From Bugula neritina (Eukaryota; Animalia; Bryozoa): 64,000 bases of DNA. The DNA is taken from contig OZ037765.1 in assembly GCA_964035545.1 (NCBI GenBank), positions 16,616,995 to 16,680,994 of the forward strand. Reading direction: 5' to 3'. The notes beneath the pieces were generated by a model. That model was not told where the DNA came from, did no database searches, and saw only the letters and a program-made list of their open reading frames with translations. The position numbers were made by a program, and so were the translations under genes. Below, one piece after another: positions 37,940 to 51,000 of the stretch. Each line of letters begins with the position of its first letter. The stretch's first letter is position 1.

Positions 37940-39150
37940 GTTGCTGTTAATATGAATAATAATAATGATATAATAATTAATATTATTAATAATCACAATT
38001 ACAACAATAATGATATTCAATAATAATAATTCATATTTTATATTTATATTATTATTAAACTATGTTATTATTAAATTTAATATTGAAATTTGAGTTTCAA
38101 TTTTTATACTCATACTCATTTTGATACTGGTAGTGATTGTGATTCTGATACAACGTAAGCACTCAACGGAACGAGAATGGGAATCAATCAATCATAATCA
38201 CTTCATAACGATTATCAAATTCAATAATCATAATGATATTCATATTGATAGTGATAATCATAATGATAATAAATATCATCATTATGATTATCATAATGAT
38301 TATCATACTGATAATCAGATTATTATAATGTCTCACTCTGTTTTATAGTTATAGTTTAACTAATCATATGCTTATACTTGTAGGGTAAGAGATTATTATA
38401 ATCATAAAATTAAATGATAATGATACTCATACTGATAGTCAATGTCATAGTGATAGAGTGATGGCGATTATCATAATGATACTATTACTATTAGTACTGT
38501 ATTAGCATTAGTAAAGTGTTGGACTTGGTATAAATGTGAGTATTGCATTTACTATTAGTATTACTGTTAGTAATAATATTACTAATGCTAGTAAATGTAA
38601 TACTATTCGTATTACTATTACTATGAGCATTCAGTATTGACTATTGAGTATTGCTATTCGACTCCATATCAGTATTACTTATAGTTATTAATATTAGTAT
38701 TACTAGTATTATTTGTACAACTATAAGTATTACTAAGACTAATAGTTATAGTCATACTCGTAATTATGCTAATAGTAAATCAGAATAAAAATGTGTTATG
38801 TAGTTATAGTTAGGCTTAAATTGAGATTCTAATACTAATTCTAATACTTATAGTAATAGCAATATTTATACTTAGACTATTAGTGTAAGTATTAATATTT
38901 GTATCACCATTGAATTGTATATTATATTTAGTATTACAATTTTAGTATGAGCATTAGTAATGGTCATACTCTGATTTGTTAATCCTGCATTACTATTAAT
39001 ACTTCAATTAGTTACATTTAATCTACAGTATTCTCTGTAGCTCCAAGATCTTCAATCATAATTGGGGCGACTTTATCCGAATAAATTATAATTATTATTA
39101 TACACTGTGTTAGTATTGCTATTACTAATACTGTAGTAATACTATTAGAT
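37940..39150. repeat. Degenerate (ANT)n / (ATN)n triplet-periodic low-complexity tract
   Basis: aat-cat-aat-gat and att-agt-att-act runs over ~1.2 kb. Confidence 0.7.
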
Positions 39151-39399
39151 TTAGTGTTACCTTTGGAGATATCGAACACTCAGGAACATTAAAAGTTATA
39201 GGTGTATCTCAATTGGTTTACAGTGTGAAATTTGTTTAGCTACAGGCTAGGTAGATTTTGTGTTACATTTGTTAATACATGCTCTCGCTGCTGTCTCTAA
39301 TAGCAAGGGTTCTTAGTAGGAAAGTGCCATGATTAACTAGTGAAGTTGCAAATACAAATGATTGTTCACCACAAGCAGCAGGCCTAGTTGTTAGTGTCA

Positions 39400-39725
39400 T
39401 ATTTTGGTGGTCTCTTTTAATTTCATCTCATGCTGATGTGAATGTTGAATGTTGCTTCCTGCAGGGTTTTAAAAAAATTAGAACTAAATAACTTAACCTG
39501 TGATTCTTGCATTTCCGTTTATAAGACTGAAGGCAAAACTGGGAGCCCGCTTCAGTGACATTTTTCCTATCTCCTATACCAGCAATGACCTGGACATCCT
39601 TGTGTTGTATCATTTCTAAAGCCACAGTTTCTTTGGCTAATATTGGGTCCCGCTCAGTGTCTACATTTTTTAGTATGGGGCAAATACTACTATACTAGTG
39701 TAAGTCTACAGTTAACCTTCTGTTG
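39400..39725 (-). mobile_element. Decayed CR1/L2-group LINE, 3' part of ORF2 (continuation beyond the Academ insertion)
   Basis: Minus strand reads ICPILKNVDTERDPILAKETVALEMIQHKDVQVI, matching the post-RT motif VRPxLEY..xWDP.....LExVQRRAAR; collinear with 43293-44230. Confidence 0.72.
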
Positions 39726-40719
39726 TAGTCTGACAGAAAAACACCAATTTTTGACTTAGGTTCGCAATCCCGGATAAAGTTTTTTTCTCTTCTGATTATT
39801 CAAATATAGGGTCTAGGTAAATGTTTCCAGGTGGGTGTGGACTTCTTACTCTTGAGCATTTGGAGAAATTCAAGATGGCCGCTAGGCACCAGACGATTCT
39901 TTATAATTCAAATGTATCTACCCACCAAAGCTAAATTTAAGGCTCCAATGCTTTGAAATCTTTAGAAATTAATATAATAAATATGCATGTGCCTTTGTCA
40001 TGTGTATTATTGAGTAATAAGCAAATGATACCCAAGGGTAGCTAAGCTAAGCCTTAATCATTCATTTTTTTAAGTTTAACTTAGCCTTGCCATGTTCATC
40101 ATTTCCTTGCATCTCTGCATCAGTTTGTTCTAAATTCATGAAAACTTACTATATGGGGTGATTTTATATGCTGATTACAAATATGTCCAACAAATAAAGC
40201 TGAAAGGGGTTCTGCAAAATTGAAATGCAACATCATTGTCATATGAGCTAAATAACAATTTATTTCAAACTAGCATGCGTATTAAAAAGGTTTGTTGAGC
40301 TGCCAATTTAATAGTTATTTTCAGTTTTAAAATTTTAGCTATATTTTAAAAATTAGAAAAAAAGGGTCAACAACTTTGATAATACAACACCATGGCTTCT
40401 TAACATAATTTAATTGCTTTATTATTGACACATCATTTATCTAAATATTGACATTTTTGCTTTCAAAAATTACTTCTACAATCAGCACATTTGACTTTTT
40501 CTCTAAGAACATTTGTAAACAGTTTTTTTATGAATGAAAATCTATTTCATGCTAGGGGAAGTAATACATCCATGAGAACAGTGGCTCCCTACCTTTTTCA
40601 TAAACACTTACTATTAATTTCTCCCCTTTAATGACCTATGGGTGCACTGGAACACTAATGGTTGAAACGGATTTGGCAAAAGTAGTTAATTCTACTTTTG
40701 GTGGTTTCCCCAAAATGCT

Positions 40720-41720
40720 AAATAGAAAAAGTTTCCCCAGAATGTACGGGGCCTGAGAATGTTGGTAGGAGAGCTGTTGAAGCCAGTCTTTGATGAAAGT
40801 GTAATCACTAGCATGGAGGACCTTGAAAAGATGTTGATTAAAAGATTTCAGAAAGCTCAAGAACAGCAAAACTGCGGGTCATGTGCTTTAGCAGACCAAT
40901 TTTTACCATCAACACCCACATCATAGCTGGTAGAGAAGGAGACTGGGCCTTACATGTAGCAATGGAAGAGGAAATGTACTTATATCTGTGTAGCATGGAG
41001 GTCATGCCACGAAATGTAAGAATATGAATTCGCGACTGGTAACCACACAATGCATCATAAATGCGGCTAGCTCGGCGGCATCTGGTCAGACATGACCATT
41101 GAGGTGACCTTCGTGAGATTTGGTCACAGCAAGGGGGAATCATTGGCATCACCAATAAAACTGAAATTGGCAAGGTGTGGGTGTATAGCACTTCTGCATG
41201 CAACAAGATACAGTAAGGCCTCAGTGACATCAGAGATGAGTCTGAAATAAAGGCTTCCACTACTCATAAGGAAGAGATGCAATCAAGAATCCAATCTGAT
41301 TCAAAAGACAGGGAGTCTGTCTCACTCAAAGAAGGATGCCACCCAGTTGCTCTTGTCAATATTGAAACAGAGAAAGTTATCAGTTATTCAGCAATTATTA
41401 TTGACAATATTTTTGTTATAGGTAAAGCATCTATACAAAAATTTAAAGTCAAGTAGTCGGAGGGGTTGAATAAATTCTTGTCATCTAACGTGAAGACAAT
41501 GGTATCATCTCAAAGGCATATTAAGGTTTCTTATACTCCTGTGTATGATACTGAAGTCATATATGCCCAAGCCATTGCACTCAAGCAGACCAAGAATTTG
41601 GACGCAGACTCTTTAATGGCTCATAAACTTGCAGCATTGCACCTTCTACATTCAAAGAAGCAGGGAAAATAAAAGAAGCTAAGACCAAGTCAATTCACAA
41701 AAAAATCTGTGAAAATTGAG
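40720..41720 (+). pseudogene. Frameshifted Academ transposase remnant
   Basis: Fragments KKFPQNVRGLRMLVGELLKPVF, RTAKLRVMCF, GREGDWALHV, GIWSDMTIEVTFVRFGHSKG, IIGIT...VWVYS, VYDTEVIYAQAI, interrupted by stops, frameshifts and deletions. These resemble Academ transposase motifs as I recall them. Confidence 0.78.
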
Positions 41721-41742
41721 TTTTCAGAACAGTCCGCGACAA

Positions 41743-42219
41743 GAAGTTAGGAAAATGTCCACCAAGCTGAAGGTTCTGTTATACAAGATGGCAATAAAAA
41801 CTACACTGATGTATGGATATCAGACATGGCCACAAGAGAACAAGATAAGTGCAACTGAGATGAGGATGTTTTGACAAATTTACAATATAGAGCGGGAAGA
41901 CCATATAACAAATGCTAATATAAGGAGGAGGCCAAAATAAAAGCCATCACAATAGGCATGAGGAGGAGACCTCTTCAATGGTATGGACATGTGTACAGAA
42001 GAGATGGGGAGGAAGATATTATAATGGTGGCTGAGATAAAGATACAGAGAAAGAGAGGGAGGCCAAAGAAAAGGTTAATGGATACAGTGAAGGATGACAT
42101 ACTGAAATGTGGCCTCTCAGATAGAGATGTTTACAACAGAATCAGATGACACTCTCTGATAGCACTTGGTGCCCTGCAAAACTGCCACCCATCCTAGACC
42201 ACAGCGTACTAAGTGAGAA
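41743..42219 (+). mobile_element. 5'-truncated RTE-clade LINE fragment nested in the Academ element
   Basis: Reads KLKVLLYKMAIKTTLMYGYQTW..ATEMRMF..EDHITNANIR..RRRPLQWYGHVYRR..KRGRPKKR.MDTVKDD, the characteristic RTE ORF C-terminus. Flanked by a degenerate 12-bp TSD AGTCCGCGACAA (41731-41742) / AGTCTGAGACAA (42220-42231). Confidence 0.85.
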
Positions 42220-43292
42220 AGTCTGAGACAAATTCCTATAATGAACAATGTTATTGTGTATAGATTTTTGCCTCAAACTATTAAAATTTTAACAAATAAA
42301 ACTGAATAATTAAGGCTTTTTCAATTATGCATGATTTTCTATGTTTTTTCCTAATTTATTGAAATGTTATATGGACCGTGATGGTTCGCAAATATATATT
42401 TAGCTCGTATGACATGTCGCCGTGCTTAAATGTTGCAGGACCTCTTCCCAGTTTTTTTGCTATGTATAGTTAGAATCAGCAAATTCTATTACTCTATATA
42501 GTAAGTTTTCATTAATTTTGAGCAAACATTAAAATTTTTGATCATAATCTGCTGATGTGTGCTAAATAAAGTAAAATGGCCCAAATTCATTCAATGCTCC
42601 TGTGGAAGCTAACAATCATACAAAACAACGAGATATGGCTGTTCTAGTGCATCTATCCCATGCACAGAGTTCTAGTGTTCTTGTGAAGCAGTAACAGGAG
42701 TGTGCTGCAATGAACTAACATTTCTAACAAATGCTAATGATAGAAAAAGATGAGAAAGGTGTTTAATATGAACATGAGCAAAAGTTCGTCACATCTGTAT
42801 GATTATATATATGTTCCATTTTAACTTTAGCTGAGCAATATGCCTCTGTATCTTTTTCACTTTCTATTCACTGGCAATAAGCAATGTTTTTCTTTTTATA
42901 TCTGTCCAAACAATTATTCAAAATTCTTGTATCATTTCTCTGCACCATATATGATGTTTTATTGAAGCAATTCCGATTTTTGAGCTGAGCAACGTGTCTC
43001 TTGGCATTTTACTTTGATGAATTTTGCACTGGCATGGCACATATTCATTCCAAAAATGCACATCTATTTGAATCATCACAAAATGTTTGTTTTTGCAACA
43101 TAATATAGACTTTATGCCTATTAGATTACGGTTTTTTCATAATTGGCGGCCATCTTGAATTTCTCGAAATGCTCAAGGGTGGCAGGTCCACACCCACCTG
43201 GAAACATTTACCTGGACCCTCAAGATAAATAATCAAGAGAGAAAAAAACTTTATCGGAGGTTGCGAACCTAACCCCCAGTTCTGCCAGACTA

Positions 43293-44230
43293 TTGGGGCC
43301 TTGTGCAGAATGTGCCTAAAGGCTCCAGGAGTTTTTAAAGCTTTATCTCTTTTAATGTACTATGTCAATAAAATCTAGAGTTTAACTGTATGGCCAGTTC
43401 AGGTGTGTTGCTGTGTCAGTTTAATCTATTTAAATTTCTCCTAACTCCTACATTGGTCTATACATATGTTTTCACTGAATGGAATGTCCCAGTCAACCAA
43501 CCATTTGTGTATGACATTAACATCACGAAAACGCACATTACTTTATTTTGTGTCAACAGGCTGACATAGTAGCGTATCATCAACAGTTTAATTTCAGTAG
43601 ATCATTGGAGTATAGTAGAAGTAGTGTTGAATCCAGAACTGTACCTTGTTGTACCTCTGAGGTTGCTTCTAGGTACAAGAAAGATTGCCATTTGATTTAA
43701 CCTATTTACATTTTGGGAGTCAGAAAATCTTGAATCCAGTTCACCAGTTCGGGTGTATGTCGGGTATTAACTTCAGTTTATGCATCAGTAAAGTATGGGC
43801 CACCTTGTCATAGACCTTCTTGAAGTCAAGTACTACAGTCTGTGTTGTTTTTGTTGTTTCTTTAATCATGCTAACCCATGATATGTGGTGCAGAGTTGCA
43901 TTTCACAAGACATGCCTCTTCTGAATTCTTGTGGCCGGTCATTCAGCTATTGGTTCACATAATGTAGTACAATGTGTTTCATTATTTTGGATGGGATGCT
44001 GGTGTATGGGATAATTACTTGCTGCCTGCTGACCTTTGCACACGGGGTGGCATATGCCAGCTTCCACTGAGTGGGTAGCGCTTCGAAAGGAGGCTTGGAT
44101 TTTGTGCTTCAGACATACAGCTGACATCATCACATCACATGGTCTAGTTTGCGTGTTTTATCAGGTCCTGAATATTTTCCGCTTAGTAAACTATGTATCA
44201 GTTAAATGAGGCCTTCAGTAGATGCCTTTA
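43293..44230 (-). mobile_element. Decayed CR1/L2-group LINE reverse transcriptase region
   Basis: Minus-strand motifs in order: KYSGPDK, LPTQWKLA, TSIPSKIMKHIV, EFRRGMSCEMQL, VVLDFKKVYDKVAH.LLMHKLK, VNWIQDFL, SEVQQGTVLDSTLLLLYSNDL, DDTLL, KALKTPGAFRHILHKAP; many frameshifts. Confidence 0.85.
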
Positions 44231-44940
44231 CAGTCTTTGCATTTTATTTCAATAATCGATATAATAGTTTTATGTTAATCACTAACTATCAAAAATACCT
44301 GTGCTAAGATACCTAAAAACTTACACGCGGTCATCAGTAGAAATCTAAAAAAAATAAATCTGTAGCTGTATGTAAATCTAGCTAATTTAGAATCGATAGT
44401 TTTTTATATTCAATGAAAGACAATCATAATCAAATTAAAAAATAAACACTTAAATGATTATAATGGTCAATTAAACCTTTAAATTGCAGTAGATATTAAA
44501 TACTCGTATATAGGTAAAGTATCTAACCCCATATACGTTAAAGTTACTTGCTGTATATACTTTGCATAATTTTTATTTTAACTCTATTAAATTATTATGA
44601 TTTAGCAAATTTATTGAAATGTTTGATTGGAATACTAAAAGCAAAATTAAGCAATTTAGGACATATACATCAACTTATTTTAAGTTGTCAAGTAAAGTAC
44701 ATTAGTTGAGTAAGTCATGTTGAGTTCAGTCAATGATTTTAACAAATCGACTAAAGTAATAGAATGACTTAAAAGCTTAGGTTTTTATTTTTTAGCAGTT
44801 TATATTTTTGCTGGTTTGAATAATATCTAGCTTTGATAGCATCATTATAGGTGTTGAACTGAAATTTGGAAGTTGAAGTAATTCTAGAAAACTCCACTAT
44901 TCAATGCTCTAATAAAAAGTTGACAAGCTAGTTTATAGAC

Positions 44941-46426
44941 ATGAGAAGAACTGTTGGAGGTAAGCTCACTCTTTACCTATTATAACTCTATTTACACCTT
45001 TACTGCAGCTTTTGTGTAAATTACTATAAACTAACATTGCTTATCGCTATCAACAATTTTTAGATAATTCTTACCCTGGAGACTCTGGTTATCAAAGCAG
45101 TCCCAACCATGTGGAAGATGAAAATTCAAGAGCTGAAAATCATTTGGCTAGTCAAGTGAAGCAACTGAAATCTGTAAGATATGTTTTCAGTATACAAACA
45201 CATCTCGTTACATTTGCTTTATCTATTTTTATACTATGTGTAGTCTGAGTTTATTTTATAGTCCATTTTTTTGATTAGCATTTAATCTGGTTTACAGGCT
45301 TATGTTGCTAGTGTTTATATATTGTTTTATTTAAATATAAAGCTAATTTCTACTCATTGTGTCAGATTTAAACATCCTTTTTTCATGCTTCATCATTGTG
45401 CATAACTCATAACAGTTTCACCAGCAACAACATTGACTTTTTTGAACATTTTACGTACAGTGCGGCTAAGAGGTCTGGTTGAATCACGCTTTATCAAAGT
45501 ATACCATTCGAAGCTGTACTTGATAAAAACAAATCTGTAAGATATTGTTTTAAAAGTTGGATGACTGGCTCAGCTTTCTATAATGCAACAAAAATATTCA
45601 ACGAGTTAAAAAGCCATAGCTCATAGCCGCTTTTGCTTGGAAACTATTATTAAATGCAAGTTTGTAGGAAAACATCAGTAAAATTTACTTATTAAATATT
45701 TTATTTTCAGCTATCTATAGATATTGGAGATGAAGTTCGATATCAGACTAAAATGTTGAGTGGAATGGTATGTTTACTAATATGCCATCATAATTTATAA
45801 CCGTATTTCATTATTGAAAAATTATATTCTATATACTTTTGAGGTTAATTTTCAATCTACCAATAATACAGCTTCTAATCTTTCAAATGAGATAAAAACT
45901 ATACCAATATTTTCATTTGATAGTCATAATATAAACCATATAGCAATCAAGTATAGTTGGTCTTGTTTGATAGGTACATTCCCTGCGCCTGCTGTTTTAT
46001 CAGAAATTAGCAATTTAGTGTTGCAGAACGTTTCCTTAGTAGCTTTTCTTGTACATAACTGGAATCTGCACATAAAAATACCACAAATAGTAATTTTTTT
46101 ATGAATTTGGAGCCAATTTTACTTATTTGTCCTAATTTGTCTGGTGTGTACTAAACAAATTTTGATGAGCTTTATACATTTTCAAGGTGCCCAGTTTAAG
46201 ATTCTTTTACTAAATAGCTGCTGTAGTCAATGAAACTCTTTTCAAGTTCCACTTTGCTATGTTGTTGCAGGATGATGATTTTGATAAGAGTGGTGGATTT
46301 TTATCATCAACTATGAATCGCCTTACAGCTATAACAAAATCAGGAGGAAACTGGCATTTGTGTTACTTATCACTCTTCTGCTTATTTGTGTTCTTTGTTT
46401 TGTGGATGCTTTTAAAGTTTAGATAA
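44941..46426 (+). CDS. BET1: BET1 homolog, ER-Golgi Qc-SNARE, 4 coding exons, ~113 aa
   Basis: Exons 44941-44959, 45064-45173, 45711-45767, 46271-46426 (342 nt): MRRTVG...VEDENSRAENHLASQVKQLKSLSIDIGDEVRYQTKMLSGMDDDFDKSGGFLSSTMNRL...LCYLSLFCLFVFFVLWMLLKFR*. SNARE heptads plus C-terminal TM anchor. Not in the ORF track because every exon is short. Confidence 0.93.
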
Positions 46427-47715
46427 ATTGCATGAGAGTTGGTAGTAACAGTTTATATAATGATATGACATACCACAGTGGTGAATGTAGTTAAAGCAAA
46501 TAGGCAGTATTATTATCCTACACCACCTAGCTCTTTGGTGCTACAATGTACATATGAATATATAATAAATTGGATTTAGTCTCCTACATTTTTTAAATGC
46601 TGTTGAGTGAAAATATTTGTGGGTTTAAAGAATAATTTGATAGCATTTTATTCTGTATGTTTTACTTTTTGTGCATTCCATTACACAGACTTGATCGAGT
46701 CACAGTTTTAGTCAGCAAAATTGTGAGATGCATGCTTGAAATTGAAAGTCTAAACTGCATCACACACTATCAAAGCTGAGTAATGAATACTACGACTTGG
46801 ATTTTGTAATATTTTTTAAAAGAATAAGTATGACCGACCAGTGTTGAAGTATGATTAAAAAGTCAATAAAAAGTTGAAATTTACATAAATTGTATTGAAT
46901 TATTTTTTTTGTTGATAGGTAATAGTTAACATTAAGTTTAGTTAAAAGTAATTTAGAAAAATATTTTGTCATAGTTTTTGCACAACTTAATCCAACTAAA
47001 AGCAAACCATTGTGACTCATATGTTTAAATATATATTGCAAAAATCAATAGTGTAGCAATAAATAGTATAGCAATAAAAATTTATGCTATGATCTAATTC
47101 CCTAAATAATTAGCAGCCAATACTTTGATCAACTCATGCATTTCTAAATGAATGCAAAGAAAAGTTGAGTAAGTAAGTCACTGGTTCTACTAGTCATCAG
47201 TTTACATAGATGATGCATTGCACAAGTGTTATGGCTCAAAAGTGCCTGAAAATGTATTTGCAAAACAACAAAGATGTACTTGCATCTGCAAAGTGCCATT
47301 TAATACAGCTGTATTGATAAAATGTGAGTAAATTATTAATGCATAAAAGGACATGGACACTTGCCAGCAGTGGGCTTGAGCATTGCAAAGTGAATAAAGC
47401 CTCACTATACATTTGGGTGATTTAGTTGTTTTCAATATATAATTTGTACTTGCATTAGGGATATTAGCTGGTCATATTTTAATTGATTTAAATTGACATA
47501 TAAAAGTCGGCTGCTTACAGACATCAAAGTGGCCGATCTTAGCTAAAATAAGGAGGTTGATAATTCTAAGTTGGTGTTATATAAAATAACAAATAACATC
47601 CTTTATGGAACACAAAAATGTTGAAAATTCAAAAAGCAAAAGGCTTTATGCCAATATATACCATGCAAAAACTCTGATGTATACAAACTAATATACATAC
47701 ATACATATAAATACA

Positions 47716-47912
<197 letters not shown>

Positions 47913-48036
47913 TAATTGAACATATATAAGAATATATTGCAGAAAGTGCTTGAAATATTTCTAGAGGTAGATTATATATTAACAGTTCTTTTCCCACTGG
48001 TATTTGATCAGAACTTGTTGAGAAAATTCTCGGTAA

Positions 48037-51000
48037 TTAACTACTCCTGAGGAAGTGTTCCAGTTTATCTACGCAAGCATCCTGATAGTCATGTATCCAT
48101 CTGAAAAATAATTTATTTCAAGATAGTCACTTCTAATAATATGCATGGTGGAAAAAACAGATAGTGTTATTGGGTTGAAGTAATGATAAAAAATTTCCAT
48201 TCAACTAAGACAAAAAGTACTTTTACTTTTAAATAGCCTTGTAAAACAAACATTATAATAAAGAAGTTTTAAAACTGAACAACTTCAAACTGAATAACTA
48301 TATAGAAACTGCTTTCCATATTTTGCAAAATTAATTTGGCTTCAAAGGCTCTTTAGTAACACAATTCATGTTATCAAAGAACAATTAAATAAATATTTGA
48401 TTTGTTGTACTTGGCACAAGTGAGATGGATATATAGTGTTCTGACACTGCTTAAGCTGTAACAAGGACACCTACCGAACACCATTAAATTTGGTGATACT
48501 TTTCATATCATCCGGCAGGGAGTCAGCAGTCGGCCATTTAAATTCATCCATCACCGGCACAACATTACACTTGCTGTTCAACGCTGCCACGATTTCCTAG
48601 ACAACATTTCATAGCAATTTATTCAAATGTTCTGAATTTCCAAAATCTAAACAACATGAGCTGAAAAGAGTGAATGGAATTTAAACCTTCATATTAGCTA
48701 GAATATATCACAGAGAACAAATGGCATTTAACCAGTGCCTTGAGTTTAATAGCCATTTGTGAAGCATTTTTGAAAAATTATATGAAACAGCAGCTGTTAA
48801 CATGCATATGTGTGAACAAGGCTTTGAGCTGATTTAGTTAAACAATAAATTATAAATATTGGGAAAGTTTTGTATTGATATGAGTGAAAATGTTGGTGAA
48901 CAGCCACAACACAAAAAAATACACAGCTTTACCACACAACATGAAATCCTGGTAATCATAATTTTATTAGTTACATTTAAGGAATTCCTGACACATTACA
49001 TTTGTATATATCATATACTGACTGAGAGTTGCATGCCCAAATAATTTTTTTTTATCATAAATTTTGTGCACACATATGCTAAATTAATTTGGGATTTCTA
49101 ATCATTTGCAAAGGAAATTTCCGGTTGGCTCTGAAGTCTGCAGTGTTATAAAATTATTAATACTAATCATTGCTGACTTTCATTCCATGCTATTCTTAGC
49201 TGTTGCAACACACAGCTTAATTACTGACATAGTCTAAAAGTTTAAAGTGTCAGGGATTCTTTAAAACATGAAAAGTAACTAGTTTAAATTTAGGAGGTAA
49301 GACGATGCTCCTGTGGGTTACCAAGTGATTATTTATCATACAATCAAGAGAAATCTAGTGTGTAAAAACAACATGGCAAAGGTAAGTTATAGGAAGATAT
49401 AAATAAAAGGTGAAGAATACGCTGTAGATAATATTCTACCTTATAGAACTGCATATCCTAAACAAATGGTAAAACAAAGCAAGTGGCATCAGGTACACTC
49501 ACTCAAAAAAGTGAAAAGGAAGCAAGTCTAATAAGCACAAGCTCTGAAATATTAGTACTAAACATATTTTTCAACAAACATTTACATATCACTCAATATC
49601 AACAGTTTTTGCTTCATAGTGCCCTTGCTGCAGATAGCACAATTGTAATAAAAGTTGAATATGGTGAAATGAAATAAATATTTTACTACTGACCAGAAAG
49701 ACTAGCTATTTTGCACTTACCCTATGCACCCAGTCTTTATTGAGGTCATCATTCACGCATCTCTCTAAAGCATCTTTACTCAAAACTAAAATAAAATGCT
49801 TTGCTTGCTTCACGCTGTCAAGTAGCCGGTCATCAAATCTGCCGGCAGCTAACTTCTCAATGTCCAAGAAGACGGTAAAACCTCTCAGCTGTAGATGTAC
49901 TTTCAGTAAGCTGCAATAATATGGTATGTTTGCAAGTTATACTTTGGTATAAAAGTGGAGGTAGGTGCAGTAATGGAGAATTGAGAAAACCTGTGCTCTA
50001 GATTGAAAATGCAACAAAGAAGTTATTTTCTTGAAAAATGTCAATCCCTGCCCCAAACCCAAATTTAATGATAAAATTTAAGAACTCAGGCTATATCAAT
50101 TTCTCTATTACTGCTCCTAAATATAAAGTATATACAGCAAGTTGGTGACGAGTAATAGTAATCCATCCATTTTTATGATTGATATAAACTGTGCTAACTG
50201 CTACGAACTGCATAAATGACTCCGTGCTGCATTTCAACTAACAAGCAGTAGAGGAAAACTACTTCCAATGCTATAAAAACTCACAAAAGTTTATAGTCGC
50301 CATCACTGTGAGAAAACCTCTGATGGAAGGGCTAAGGACTTATTCAAATGGGGCACAGGGGCAATTATGACTGGCTGCTCGTCCTAACATCACCAATGGC
50401 CTTTGTTGGGCTCGAACCCCTAGACCATGGCTGCTCCCTAAAACTTCCAATGCTGTATTCTAGTGTTATTAGATCAAACAAAATCGAGCAGTATACAACC
50501 CACCTGGCTAATTGAGACCCCGTAGCTCGTCTATAGCTGATGAACACATCTAAGCCTTTGGTAACCTTATCAACATCAATCTCTGGTCCATCCAAACTTC
50601 TTGAATGCTGAAATTCTACTCTGCCTAAACATGAAGATAAATCCTCATATTTATAAAAAAAATTGTTTGTATGGTGAAAACGATTAAACCAATGACCTTC
50701 CACCGTTATAATGATGAGACATATTAGCTTTGACTTTAGCTATCAAATTGTAGCTCTAAAACTTTTGCGCTATAATTAGTCAAACCTTAAAGCTAGTTTC
50801 AGAATTAAAATACAACTATCTAAAAAATTAACCTAATAGTTCCAAATAATAATTATTGAACAGGAAATTAAACTTTTGAAATTTTAGACTAACTTCCCAG
50901 ATTAATAAAAACATGTAGTGTACTTCAAAACCCCAACCTGTTACAGCTTGTAGAATTCTCAGTCTATGAATGCCATTCATGATATGACAGTCGTACTTAA

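Larger units (their letters stand above)
39726..43292 (+). mobile_element. Academ-superfamily DNA transposon, internally deleted and defective, 3.57 kb
   Basis: Termini TAGTCTG...CAGACTA; ~165-bp imperfect TIRs ending in CAAGATGGCCGC; 3-bp TSD TTG (39723-39725 and 43293-43295); additional inner inverted segments (~40125-40250 and ~42398-42527); internal transposase remnants. Confidence 0.85.

Noticed and set aside
40838-41260. 140-aa minus-strand ORF inside the transposon
   Set aside because: Antisense shadow of the plus-strand Academ transposase remnant.
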